From assembly GCF_004010195.1 (NCBI RefSeq), contig NC_057754.1, positions 6,096,611-6,160,610 of the forward strand: 64,000 nucleotides of DNA, read 5' to 3'. The notes beneath the pieces were generated by a model, which saw nothing but the letters and a program-made list of their open reading frames with translations, did not search any database and was not told where the DNA came from. This DNA is from Chiloscyllium plagiosum. Lineage: Eukaryota. How positions within the stretch are numbered: position 1 is the first letter of the stretch; each line of letters opens with the position of its first letter. The position numbers and the translations under genes are program-made. Shown here piece by piece: positions 36,075 through 48,235 of this stretch.

Positions 36075-36540
36075 CAGCCAGGAAGAGGACATGTCCATGT
36101 GCCTCGCTGTACCTTGCCCCAAATAAAGATGGTGCCCATAACCCAGGATCTATCACCGACTGAGGGCCACAGCCATTTTCCCATTTGCTGTAAACGTGGG
36201 ACCAAGAGTTTCTAATTCAGCCCTAACTACCTATACAGGGTATAATTAAACCCTCCCAGTATATGATTTGGAGATGCTGGTTAACAGACAATCAATTTTT
36301 CAATGTATATTTTCAGTTACATCACACTGTAAATTTTTGCTATAAATTCTGTGTTACGATTGAGCCCTCCACTATCACCTGAAGGAGCGTCGCTCCGAAA
36401 GCTACTGTGCTTCCAATTAAACCAGTTGGACTATAACCTGGTGTTGTGTGATTTTTAACTTTGTACCTCCCAATCTAAACTGGACCCAACTCCCCTTTCC
36501 CGTTTCCTCCTCCTGCACACACCAAGGGTCATTCTAGGTG
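36075..36540 (-). promoter_or_regulatory. Promoter/first-exon module paralog, CpG-decayed and interrupted
   Basis: AAGATGGTG and TAAACGTGGGAC correspond to AAGATGGCG and CAAACGCGGGAC of the 10.4-kb copy; insertion at 36253-36465. Confidence 0.5.
36253..36465. mobile_element. Short Penelope-like terminal-repeat insertion (different family)
   Basis: Absent from the 10.5-kb paralog; flanks CCTCCCAGTAT / CCTCCCAATCT; contains CTGA-AGGAGC-GTC-GCTCC-GAAA-GCTA. Confidence 0.65.
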
Positions 36541-37119
36541 CAGTGACCCTTCCTCAGAACCGAGGCAGCTGGGAAAATTAGAATCTCAACAGTGTGCTAA
36601 CAGGCCATTCTGCCCAACAAGTCACACCCACCCTCTGAAGAGTTTCTCAACCAAACCCATTCCCCGACCCTATTATTCTACATTTCTCCTGACTAATGCA
36701 CCTCACCTATTCATCCCTGAGCACTACGGGAAATTTAGCTGGGCCAATTCACCTAACCTGCATATCTTTGGACTGCAGGAGATAGGGGTTAAAGAGTAAA
36801 TAATAGGTGGGGACAGAGCCCAAAGAGAGACAGGAACCTTTGGAAAGACAAAGGATTGGATAATAATCTGGCTGGGAGGGTGCATAGCTGTTAATGGTGG
36901 GGACAAGAACCTGTGTCTGGCAGAATCTCAGTGGAGGTGCTGGAAATGGCAGCTGATGATCTACGTTCTGTTGCAAAACAGACCCAGAGCGTCCAGTTGC
37001 CTGTCACTGTAACACGAGTCTGTTCCCTGGCCAACATCTCTGTCTCATGCTGACTGCAGTGTTCCAGTGAAGCTTGATGCAAGCTGGCAGAACATTCCAG
37101 AACATACCAAAACGCCCCG

Positions 37120-37830
37120 TATTTCAAGGACTGCAATTTCCCCTCCCATGTGGTCAACAACACTCTTCAGTGTATCTCCACCACTTCCCACACGTCCATT
37201 CCTTTCAGCATTCCAGAGACCATTCCCTGTGAATTCCTCGTCAGATCCATGCTCCCATCAAACCCACACTCCACTCCCAACACATTCACTTGCCAATGCA
37301 AAAGGTATAAAACCTGCGCCCACACCTCCCCCCTCGCCTCCAAATGACCCTTCCGCATCCAGCAGAGATTTTCCCACACATCCAAACACTTCACCTATTA
37401 TGGCCTTTGCTTTCGGTGTGGTCTCCTCTCCACTGGGGAGGCAGGATATCAACTTGCACAATGTTTCAGGGAACATTTCTGGGACACATCCACCAACCAA
37501 CCCCACCATCCTGTGGCTGACCACCTCAATTTCCCCACCCACTCCGCCAAGGACATGTAAATCCTAGGCCACCTCCACCAACAAATCCCAGCCAGCCGAT
37601 GCCTGGAGGAAGAAAACCTCATCTTCTCTCCATTACCCTTCACCTATATCTACCTATTGCCTTCCTAGCTCCCTTCCCACCAACCCCACACATCCCTCTT
37701 ATTTAACTCTCAGCCCTCTTACTACCGCCCACCCCCCCAATCCCAGCATTCCTGATGAAAGGAATATGCCCAAAACATTGATTCTCCTGCTTCTCGGATG
37801 CTACCTGACCTGCTGTGTTTTTGCAGTGCC
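37120..37830 (+). mobile_element. Penelope-like 3' fragment with terminal repeat
   Basis: FTCQCKRYKTCAHTSP and CLEEENLIF-type GIY-YIG remnants; terminal CCTGATGAAAGG..GATTCTCCTGC. Confidence 0.75.
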
Positions 37831-37971
37831 ACGTGTTAACGCAAGCTGGAAGAACAACAGCTCAACTTCTACTTGGGGACCCTGCACCTCTCGAGCCCCA
37901 GTATCAAATTCAATAATTTTAGGTCCTGAACTCACCAATGTCCTAGCGCCCTCGCCTCTGAACTGTGCAGT

Positions 37972-38257
37972 GGGTGGCACAGTGGTTAGCACTGCTGCCT
38001 CACAGCGCCTGAGACCCGGGTTTAATTCCCGCCTCAGGCGACTGACTGTGTGGAGTTTGCACATTCTCCCTGTGTCTGCGTGGGTTTCCTCCGGGTGCTC
38101 CGGTTTCCTCCCACAGTCCAAAGATGTGCAGGGTCAGGTGAATTGGCCATGCTAAATTGCCCGTAGTGTTAGATAAGGGGTAAATGCATGGGTGGGTTTC
38201 GCTTCGGCGGGTCGGTGGGCCGAAGGGCCTGTTTCTATAATGTAATCTAATCTAATC
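37972..38257 (+). mobile_element. HE1/V-SINE, near full length
   Basis: TGGCACAGTGGTTAGCACTGCTGCCTCACAGCG head, V-domain, (TAATC)n tail. Confidence 0.93.
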
Positions 38258-38599
38258 GAACCCACACACGGGTTATCAAATAGCCTGCCATTACACACTC
38301 CCTATATGTGGCCATAAACAGCTATTCACCCTCCCCCAGCCAGATCGTTATTCACTCCTTTGTCCAACTGCTCCCATTTCTTTCTTTGGACTCTATCAGC
38401 ACCTATCATTTACTCCTTAACCCCTTCCTTCTGTATATAAACCAACATTTCTTTTCAGTAACATCAGTTCTGAGGATGGGTCAGTGGATCCAAAACGTTA
38501 ACTCTGATTTCTCTTCACAGATGCTGCCAGACCTGCTGAGGTTTACCAGTACCTTTTGGTTGTTGTGTGAGATTTACATCATCTGCAGTTCTTTTGGTT

Positions 38600-38890
38600 C
38601 TTATTTACCAGAAATTTCTAATTCAGGTCTAGCAGCTAACACCATGTGTTTATAAGCACTCCCAGTCCACACAAACTCCACTTCTCTCCCAGTTTCTGCG
38701 GTCTCTCTCACTCCCTTCACACTCACTGAGTGCACCCCCACCACAATGACACTGCACCTGCACAGTTCATGGTCACGTGTTGGCCCACTGGACCCACCCC
38801 ACATTCACTCCCATTGGATGGAGGATCACACCAACTCTCCTGTTGGTCTGCAGCTGCCGTCAATCACCTGGGTCCCATTATGGCACGAGT
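38600..38890 (-). promoter_or_regulatory. Decayed promoter-module remnant (paralog at 57055-57290)
   Basis: GTCACGTG, ATTCACTCCCATTGG and GTCAATCA.CTGGG.CCCATT match 10590-10765 and 18450-18580. Confidence 0.4.
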
Positions 38891-38904
38891 AGTGTGCTCC
38901 TCCC

Positions 38905-39523
38905 AGGATTATTGGAGGCTGAAGTGTGACCTTATTGAGGTTTATAAAATCATGAGGGGCACGGGTAGGATAAATAGACAAGGTCTTTTCCCTGGGGTGG
39001 GGGAGTCCAGAACTAGAGGGCATAGGTTTAAGGTGAGCGGGGAATGATTTGAAAGGGATCAGAGGGTCAAGTTTTTTCACAGGTGGTGCATGTATGGAAT
39101 CTTCTGTCAGGGGAAGTGGTGGAGGTTGGTACAATTAGACCATTTGGCATCTGGATGGGTATATGTATTGGAAGGGTGTAGTGGGACGTGCGCCAAGTGT
39201 TGGCAAATGGGACGAGGTTAGGTTAGGATATCTGGTCAGCATAGACTAGTTTGACCAAAGGGGTTGTTTTCATGCTGTAGGCCTCAGGCGACTGACTGTG
39301 TGGAGTTTGCACATTCTCTCCGTGTCTGCGTGGGTTTCCTCCGGGTGCTCTGGTTTCCTCCCACAGTCCAAAAATGTGCAGGTCAGGTGAATTGGCCATG
39401 CTAAATTGTCCGTAGTGTTAGGTAAGGGGTAAATGTAGGGGTATGGGTGGTTTGCGCTTCGGTGGGTTGGTGTGGACTTGTTGGGCCGAAGGGCCTGTTC
39501 CCACACTATAAAGTAATCTAATC
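38905..39523 (+). mobile_element. CR1 3' end followed by 5'-truncated HE1/V-SINE (39280-39523)
   Basis: RLKCDLIEVYKIMRG; SINE V-domain and TAATC tail. Confidence 0.88.
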
Positions 39524-40019
39524 TTATCTATGGCTCTGCACTGGCAATACTTTCAACATTCAGTGAAAGGGGGCAGTATCACAGAGTAGAGGGACTGGGG
39601 GCTATTCAGCCCATTGGGGCTATACTCTCTCCCTCTGGAGATGGTGCCAGTCTGTCCCAACTCACCTCCCATTTGCCTGTAGTCCTCCAAATCCTTCCTT
39701 AAAAGAAGCTAAATTGCAAATTTGTTTTGACAATAATTACTGAATCTGCATCCAGCTGTCCGTCAAACTGATCCAGATGCTTAGAACTTACGGAATAAAG
39801 TAATGCTCACATTTTTAACCTGCATTATTTGCCAATTACTTGAAAGTAGTTACTAAAAATCGTGACGTTAATAATTTCTCCCTCTAAATTAAATATCCTG
39901 GAAAGAAATCTGCTCATGGTTGAAATCACTGCTTAACCTTCTGAGCTCCAAGGAGAATTATCTGACCTTCTGCCAACTCCCCACGTAGAGAAACTTATCT
40001 TAATTTTAATGTTTCAGTG

Positions 40020-41172
40020 TTATCGAGATGTACAGCACAGAAACCAACCATTTGGTCCAACTTGTCCATGCCGAACAGATATTCTAAATTAATCTCGCCC
40101 CATTTCACAGCACTTGGCCCATAACCTTCTAAATTCTGGATCAGTGGTGCTGGAAGAGCACAGGAAGGGCTTTTGCCCGAAACGTCGATTTTGCCTGTCC
40201 TCAGATGCTGCCTGAATTGCTGTGCTCTTCCAGCACCACTGATCCAGAATCTGGTTTCCAGCATCTGCAGTCATTGTTTTTACCCCATAACCTTTTAAAC
40301 CTTTCCTAATCACTTACCAAAATCAGATGCCTTTTAAATGTTGCAATTGTACCAGCCCCACACTTTCCTCTGGCAGCTCATTACATACACATACCACGTT
40401 CAGCTTGAAAACAATGCCCCTCAGATCCTTTATAAATTGTTTTCCTCATTCCTTAAAAGCCTGTGCCCCATAGATTTGGACTCACATAACCTGGAAATAA
40501 GACCCTGGTTGTTCACCCTATTCATGTTCCTCACAATTGTATCAACCACTGAGGTCACCTCTCAGCATCCAATGCTCCAGGGAAAACAGCCCCAGCCTAT
40601 CCCTATATAGCTGAAACCCTCAACCCTAGTAACATCTTTGCACATCTTTTCTGAACCCTTTCAAGTTTCAAAATATCATTCCGATAGCGGGGAAACCAGG
40701 ACTGAAAGCAGAATTCCAGAAGTGACTGAATCAATGTGCTGAACAGCTACAAAATGCCGTCACAACTCCTGTACTCAATCCACTAACCAGTAAAGGCAAG
40801 GATACTAAACACCTTCTTCACTACCCAGCCTATGATTCCACTTTCAAGGAACTACGAACCTGCACTCCAAGATCTCTTTGTTCAGCAACGCTCCCCAGGA
40901 GCTTCCCATTAAGTGCATCAGTCCTGTCCTGATTTGATTTTCCAAAATGGAACACCACACATTTTTCTGAATTAAACTCCATCTGCCACTCCTCAGCCCA
41001 TTTGTTTGAAGTCCCATTGTAATCTGAGGTAACCTTCTTCCCTGTCCACTGCACCTCCAATTTTGGTATCTATGTAAAGTCACTGACCATACCTCCTATA
41101 TTCACATGGAAAACATTTACATAAATGATGAAAAGCAGTGGACCCAGCAACGAACCTTACAGCATATTGCTC
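40020..41172 (-). mobile_element. CR1 LINE 3' region
   Basis: KWAEEWQMEFNSEKCVVFHFG. Confidence 0.9.
40134..40283. mobile_element. 150-bp Penelope-like hairpin insertion with 16-bp target duplication
   Basis: Perfect 30-bp IR (40134-40163 / 40220-40249); flanks CCCATAACCTTCTAAA (40118-40133) and CCCATAACCTTTTAAA (40284-40299). Confidence 0.85.
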
Positions 41173-43125
41173 ATAGAACATAGAACATTAAAGCACAGTA
41201 CAGGCTCTTCGGCCCTCAATGTTGCGCCGACCTGTCATACCAATATGAAGCCCATTTAACCTACACTATTCCATGTACTTCCATATGCTTGTCCAATAAC
41301 GACTTAAATGTACTTAAAGTTGGGGAATCTACTACCGTTGCAGGCACAGCATTCCATATCCTTATGACTCGGAGTAAAGAAATTACCTCTGACATCTGTC
41401 CTATATCTATCACCCCTCAATTTAAAGCTATGCCTCCTCGTGCTCGCAGTTACCATTTTTGGAAAAGGGCTCTCCCTATCTACCCTACCTAACTCTCTGG
41501 TTATCTTGTATGTCTCTATTAAGTCACGTATCAACCTTCTTCTCTCTAACGAAAGCAGTCTCAAGTCTCTCAGTCTTTCCTCGTAAGACCTTCCATCCAT
41601 ACCAGGCAACATCCTAGTAAATCTCCTCTGCACCCTTTCAAATCTTCCACATCCTCCTTCTCATGTGGGGCACAGAAATATACACAATAATGCAAGTGCA
41701 GCCTCACTAGAGTTTTGTACAGCTGTCGCATAACCTCATGGTTCCGGAACTCGATCTCTCTATTAAGAAAAGCTAAAACACTTTATGCCTTCCAAACAAC
41801 CCTGTCAACCTGGGTGGCAACTTTCAAGGATCTGTGTACCTGGACACAGATCTCTCTGCTCATCTACAGTACCAAAAATCTTACCATTAACCCAGTTACT
41901 CCGACCAAAGTGTATCACCTCACACTTGTCCGCATTAAACTCCATTTGCCACCTCTCAGCCCAGTTCTGCAGCTTATCTAAGTCTCTCTGCAACGTACAA
42001 CATCCTTCGTCACTATCCACAACTCCACCGACCTTACTGTTGTCTGCAATTTTACTAACCCACCCTTCTACGCCCTCATCCAGGTAGTTTATGAAAATTA
42101 CAAACAGCAGTGGACCCAACACCGACCCTTGCGGTACATCACTACTAACTGAACTCCAGGATGAACATTTCCCATTAATCACCACTGTCAGCTTTCAACA
42201 AGCCAAATACTGATCCAAACTGCTTTATTCTCCTGCAATCCCATCCTTCCGCATTTTATACAATAGTCTACAGTGGAGAACCTTATCGAACGCCTTGCTG
42301 AAATCCACATACACCACATCAACCGGTTTACACTCATCTTCTGTTTGGTCACCTTCTCAAAGAACTCAATAAGGTTTGTGAGGCACGACCTACCCTTCAC
42401 AAAACGGTGCTGACTATCCCTAATCAAAGTATTCTTTTCTGGATCCTATCTCTTATAACTTTTTCCAATACTTTACCAACAATTGAATAAGGCTCACTGG
42501 TCTAGAATTCTAGGGTTGTCTCTATTCCCCTTCTTGAGCAGGGGAACCACATTTGCTATCCTCCAGTCTTTTGGCACTATTCCTGTAGACAATGATGTTT
42601 TAAAGATCAATGCCAAAGGCTCAGCAATCTCCTCCTTGGCTTCCCAGAGGATCTTAGGATAAGTCCACTGGGCCGGATGGGTTTTATCTATATTCACACT
42701 CTGCAAGATTTCTAATACCTCTTCCTTATGAACCTCAGTCCCACCTTGTCTCGTAGCCTGTACCTCAGTATTCTCACCAACATTGCCGTTTTCTAAAGTG
42801 AATGATGTTGAAAAATATTCATTTAGTGCTTCCCCTATCTCCTCTGACTCCACACACAATGTCCCACTACTATCCTTGGTTGGCCCTAATCTTATTCATC
42901 ATTCTTTTATTCCTTAAATACCTATAGAAAGCCTTAGGGTTTACCCTGATCCTATCCGCCAACAATTTCTCATGTCTCCTCCTGGCACTTCTGAACTCTT
43001 TCTTTAGGACTTTCCTGGCTACCTTGTAACCCTCGAGTGCTCTAACTGAGCCTTCACATCTCATCCTAACATAAGCCGCCTTCTTCCTTTTGAAGAGAGG
43101 TTCCATTTCCTTTGTAAACCACAGG
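41173..43125 (-). mobile_element. CR1 LINE ORF2 (~2 kb, frameshifted) with (AGAACAT)n tail
   Basis: Successive minus ORFs: DWRIANVVPLLKKG, SCLTNLIEFF, VPQGSVLGPLLF, SKIADNSK. Confidence 0.95.
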
Positions 43126-43479
43126 TATGTACTTATCTAGGACAAACAGGAGCTTTTCCTTGATCTTTGAGGTTCCCTGTTCTCTGCCTGGTTCCTCGTT
43201 TATACTTAGTGTATTTCTGGAATCTCTGGATTCTCCGGGAACCTATTTGCCAAAGCTCTCTCATATCCCGTTTTTGCTCTCCTGTTTTCCCTCGAGTATA
43301 CTCCTACTGCCCCTATACTCCTCCAGTAATTTACACAAACACATATGTCTGAACCTGCCATATCCTCCTTCATTTTCATGATGAGACCCTCAATTTCTCT
43401 CGACAGGCAGCATTCCCTCCACTACCTTTTAAGGCCTTAACAGGATCATACTGTCTGTGTACTCTCGTTGTCGCAGGCC

Positions 43480-44632
43480 TATGGACGCAATGGCAGATGA
43501 GGACAGAGAAGCAATCATTCTCAGTAAAGAGGTAGTCTTGGGAAAGATAACAGCCTAAAGATAGACGGGTCGTCTGGCTGTGATGGAATGCATCCCAGGG
43601 GATGTTAACAGATGGCAGAGGATAAATAGCAAATGCACTCGTGATAATTCACTAAAATTTGCTGGACTCTGGGACAGTTCTGACAGATTGGCAAGCTACA
43701 AATGTGTTGCGAATATTTTAAAATCGCCCCGTTAGCATAACTTCTTTGGTGGGGAAAATGCCCGATCTCTTAAGGAAAAAATAGTGATCTATGTGAATAG
43801 AAATGATCTCGTTGAGCAGACAGAGTATCGATTCATGAAAGGTAGACCTCACTAAGATGAGTGGTAGAGCAATGTCTGCAGAGGCCACTGTAAGTCTGCA
43901 CAGGGATACAGATAGTTTAGGTGAGTGGGTAAGGATCTGGCAGATGGAGAACAACGTTGGGAAATGTGAAGTCATCCATTTTGGTCGGACCAACAGCAAA
44001 TGATGACGACATTGTGAAATGGTGAAAACTTGCAGAATGCTGCTGTACAGAGGGAGTTGGGTGTCCTTGTGCATGAATCACAGGAAGTTGGTTTGCAGGT
44101 ACAGCAGGTAATTAAGGCAGCGAAGGGAATATTGTCCTTCATTGCTAGAGGGATGGTTATGCTGCAGCTGTACAGGATGCTGAGGAAGCCACACCTGGAG
44201 GACGGTGTACAGGTTTGGTCTCCTTACATTAGCAAGGATGGACTGGCATTGGAGAGAGTGCAGGGGAGGGTCAGTAGTTGGAGTCTGGAGTTGAGAGGGT
44301 TGCCTTATGAGGAGAGATTGGGTCAAACAAGGGAGCAGAGCATCAAAATAAGGGGGTATCAGATTTTGGACTGAGTTCAGGATGGACTTCTTCAGCTAAC
44401 TCTGTGAATCTGTGGAATTTGCTGCTGAGTGCAGCAGTTTAGGTTATTGACTTGACTATCTTTAGGTCAAAAGGTAGATTTGTGAACAGGAAAGGAATTA
44501 AGGATTATGGTGAGAGATCAGGAAAGTGGACCTGAGGCCATGAAAAGATCAGCCATCGCCTTATTGAATGACAGAGCAGGCTTGAGGGGCCAGGTAGCCT
44601 ACTCCTGCTCCTCTTCCTTATGTTCTTATGTT
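43480..44632 (+). mobile_element. Decayed CR1 LINE ORF2 and 3' end
   Basis: LYRMLRKPHLEDGVQVWSP; tail CTTATGTTCTTATGTTC. Confidence 0.85.
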
Positions 44633-45009
44633 CCCACTTTCCAGCCGTCCCTTTCCCTAGGAATAGCAAAGGAATATTGAAAGTTCTCGCCTTGTAATGT
44701 CAAAATTCGCCTTTGTCCAATTTCGAACACCGTTTAGATCTGGTCTATTATTTTCTGTAACTATTTTAAAACTAGTAGAATTATCAGAAAATCCTGAAGC
44801 GTGGAAGTAGGCCATTCAGCCCATCACAACCACATTGACCCTCAGAGACTCCTATCTTACCACTGTAATGCTGCATTTCCCAAGGCTAATCCTTCCTAGC
44901 GTGCACATCCCTGAAAATTATGGGCAATGCAGCCTGGAATATCCACACAGCCTGCATATCTTTAGATAGTGGGAGGAAACCAGAGCAAACAAACGAAACC
45001 GACGCAGAT

Positions 45010-46380
45010 AATAACAACAAGGTGATCATCCCTTTCTTATTTCCTAGTTCCACCAAAATAACTTCACTGGACGTACTCCCAGGAATATCCTCCCTAAGCA
45101 CAACTGTAATGTTATCTCTAAACAAAAAGGCCACTCCGCCATCTCTCATGTCCGCCTTTCTATCCTTCATCTTGCATCGATCCCCTGGAACATTAAGCTG
45201 CCAGTCCTACTCATCACTGAGCAATATTTCTGTAATACTCTTGATATCATAGTCCCTTGTTCAATACCATACCCTGAGCCCATCTGCCTCCCTGTCAGGC
45301 CTCTTGCATTGAAGTAACTGCTGTGTAACTTGGCAGTTCTACCTGGTTCTGTGCCTTGCCCTTGCCTGCCTTAACTGTTTGACTTCTGAACTGTACCAGC
45401 CTCAGACATACCTCTTTTCTCACTATCTCTTTGGGTTTACCCTCACTGGATTAATGCATCCTGAGTAACACTAGCAAATCTCCCTGCCTGGATATTAGAC
45501 ACTTTCCAATTCAGGTACAATCCATCCTTCTTATGCAGGTCCACTCTACTCCAGAGGAGATGACAACGATCAAAAGATGTGAATCATTCTGCCCTACACC
45601 AGCTCCTTAGCCAATCATTCATCTCCTCCATCCTGCTATTCCTACTCTCATTAGCATGTAACACCGGAAGTAATGCAGATATTATGACCAAGGACCTACT
45701 TTTTTATATTCCAGGCTAATTTGCTATATTCTCTCATCAGGACTTCATCTTTTCCCCTTCCTATGTCATTGGTACCAATGTACAATGACCTCCCACTGGT
45801 TGTTCTTCCCTTTGAGAATATTCCGTTACCTGTCCGAAACATCCTTGACACTGGCACCAGGGAGGTACCACCCCATTCTGATGTCTCACTGCCAGCTGCA
45901 GAAACAGCAGTCTGTGCCCGACTACAGAGTCCCTTATCATCATTCAGTGTTTCGAATCTGATATACCTCTTATTATAATAGAGCCAGTCTCAGTAGCATT
46001 AACTTGGCTGTCAGTGCAACGTTCCCCTGAGAGTCTATGACTATCTACATTATCCAAAATAGTATACTTGCTTCAGATGGGGATAGCCACAGGAGACTCC
46101 TGGTCTACCTATCTCCCTCTTCTACCTTTCCGAGAGGTAACCCATCTACCTGACTGTATCTGCAGTTTTCCAGCCTGAAACTGCCACCTATCACACACCC
46201 TGACTCTTCTAAATTCTTTATTACTAATAAGCACCGCTCCATCTGATCCATGTGATCCAAGAGGTATTGCTTCACTTCCTGCAGATTATCATCAGGATCA
46301 TTCAAACTCTCCCTACTCTCCTCCAGGAAGTGCACATCACTGTACGAATGGCCATCTCTGCACCTTAATCTGTAGACCCA
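45010..46380 (-). mobile_element. CR1 LINE 5' half (ORF1 to endonuclease)
   Basis: KDRKADMRDGGVAFLFRDNI (APE); paralogous to 61170-62360. Confidence 0.78.
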
Positions 46381-46592
46381 GAAACAGGCAGTCTTACAGC
46401 TTTACAAAAGACTACTCTCGAATACATTAGTCCCTGTATTTTATATTTAAAACATTCAACCAAAAGATCATAACAGAGGCACTTAAACTAATAAACACTC
46501 ACCCTACTGAATGTCGCGGATTTTAAAAAGTAAAATAGAGTAAGATTTACTTTTTAAGAGACTGAAACCCACTGAGCTAATCCCCGGCTGAG

Positions 46593-48235
46593 AGTCACAG
46601 ACATACAGCATGGAACCAGACCCTTCAGTCAAACTCGTCCATGCCGACCAGCTATCCGAACCTAATCTCGTCCCATTTGCCAGCACTTGGTCGATATCCC
46701 TCTAAACTCTTGCTATTCATATACCCATACCAGATGCCTAATAAATGTTGTAATTGTACCAGCCTTCGCAACTCCCTCTGGCAGCTCATTCCATAAACGC
46801 ACCACCATCGCTTGAAAAAGTTGCCCTTAGGTCCCTTTATATCTTTCCCTTCTCACGCTAAATCAATGCCCACTAGTTCTAGACTTCCTCACTCCAGTGA
46901 AAGTACCTTGTCTATCTATCCGATCCATGCTCATGATTTTATAAACCTCTGAGATCACTCCTCAGCCTGTGACGCTCCAGGGAAAATAGCCCCAGCCTAT
47001 ACAGCCTCTCCCTACATCTCAAAACCTCCAACCCTGGCAACATCCTTATAAATCTTTTGTGAACCTTTCAAGTTACACAACATCCTTCTGATAGGTGGAG
47101 AACAGAATTCCGCACAATATTGCAAGAGTGGCAAAACCAATGTCCTGAACAGCCGCAACATAATCTCCCAACTCTCTTACTCAATACCCTGACCAATCAA
47201 GGAAATCATACCAAACACCTTCACTATCCTATCTACCTCTACTTTCAAGGAGCTATAAACCTGCACAGCAAGGTCACTTTGTTCAGCAACACTCCCCAGG
47301 ACGTGACCATGATGTGTATCAGTCCTACTAAGCTTTGCTTTTCCAAAATGCAGCACCTCGCACGTATCTGAATTTAACTCCATCTGCCACTCCTCAGCCC
47401 ATTTCCCATCTGATCAAAATCCCATTGAAATCTGAGGTAACCTTCTTCACTATCCACTACACCTCCAATTTTGGTGCCATCTACAAACTTACTAACTATA
47501 CCTGCTGTGTTCACATCCAATTCATTTATATAAATGATGAGAAGTAGAGGACCCAGCACCGATCCTTGTGGCACTCCACTAGTCACAGGCTCCAGTCTGA
47601 AAAATAATCATCCATCACCATCACCCTCTGTCTTCTGCCTTTGAGCCAGTTCTATATCCAAATGGCTACTTCCGTGAGATCTAACCTTGCTAACCAGTCT
47701 CCCATGGGAAATCTTGTCGAATGCCTTAGTCCATATAGATCACATCTACTGCTCCGCTCTCATCAATCTTCTTTGTTAATTCTTAAAAACCAGATCAAGT
47801 ACGTGACACATGATTTCCCATGCAGAACGTTATGCTGACTAACCCTAATGAGTCCGTGCTTTTCCAAATGCAAGCAACTCCTGTCGCTCAGGGCTCCCTC
47901 CAACACCTAATGTAGCACAGCGACTGTAGTTCCTGGGCTTGCCCAAACCGCCTTCGTGAAATAGTAGCGCCATATTAACCAACCCGCAGTCTTCTGGCAC
48001 CTCAGCTTTGACTATCAATAATACAAAAATCTCAGCAAGAAGCCCAGAAATCACTTCCCATGCTTCCTACAAAGTTTGAGGGTACACCTGATCAAAGCCT
48101 GGGGTTAGATCCACCTTTATGCGTTTCGAGACATCCAGCACTCTGTAGTATGGACATTTTTCAAGATGTCACCATTTATTTCCCCACATTCTACATTTCC
48201 CGTGTCCTTCTCCACAATAAATACTGATGCAAAAT
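46593..48235 (-). mobile_element. CR1 LINE ORF2 and 3' end
   Basis: TSGVPQGSVLGPLLLIIYINELD...SKFVDGTKIGG. Confidence 0.93.

Noticed and set aside
37972..38040. tRNA gene (also other A/B-box heads)
   Set aside because: Continues directly into the SINE body and tail; no complete cloverleaf or terminator.
41173..43125. Active CR1 element
   Set aside because: 5'-truncated with multiple frameshifts, deletions and a degenerate catalytic motif (IADN).
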